Source: an uncultured archaeon
GTDB lineage: Archaea; EX4484-52; JAADEF01
NCBI GenBank assembly: GCA_964407715.1
Contig: CAYOWP010000015.1
Coordinates: forward strand, 1-17,460
DNA: 17,460 nucleotides
Direction of reading: 5' to 3'
Numbering within the stretch: the first letter of the stretch is position 1; each line of letters begins with the position of its first letter. The notes under the pieces are model-generated. The model did no database searches and was not told where the DNA came from. It saw only the letters and a program-made list of their open reading frames with translations. Positions 17,460-17,460 of this stretch are shown piece by piece. The position numbers and the translations under genes are program-made.

Positions 17460-17460
17460 C

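Overview
Low-GC archaeal chromosomal window (archaeal-type TPI and ribosomal protein eS1/S3Ae; the large Gly-rich/DUF2341 surface protein and pilin-like gene suggest a DPANN-like host, which is inference). The left end holds a pilin-like gene and a very large surface protein gene broken by a +1 frameshift at ~465. The centre is housekeeping: DUF58, MinD-like ATPase, TPI, rps3ae, Trm112, GNAT and 2-oxoacid:ferredoxin oxidoreductase alpha/beta. The right end is a defence island: probable HsdS C-terminus, an OLD-family ABC-ATPase/TOPRIM nuclease, and a truncated gene I recognise as the N-L1-L2 subunit of a split Argonaute (AfAgo-N-like), cut exactly at a repeat terminus. The most unusual signal is a non-coding modular repeat family. 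It has three ~250-bp foldback copies with GGCATTGTCCAATA termini, two of them bracketing a RelBE-type toxin-antitoxin pair, plus a degenerate array at 3800-4290 and an orphan terminus at 15243-15256. The copies and the array are built from a ~47-50-bp bipartite motif (AGGTTAGCTGCT-N~26-TTCCnCTTAAC). Family calls come from motif reading and memory; no searches were run.
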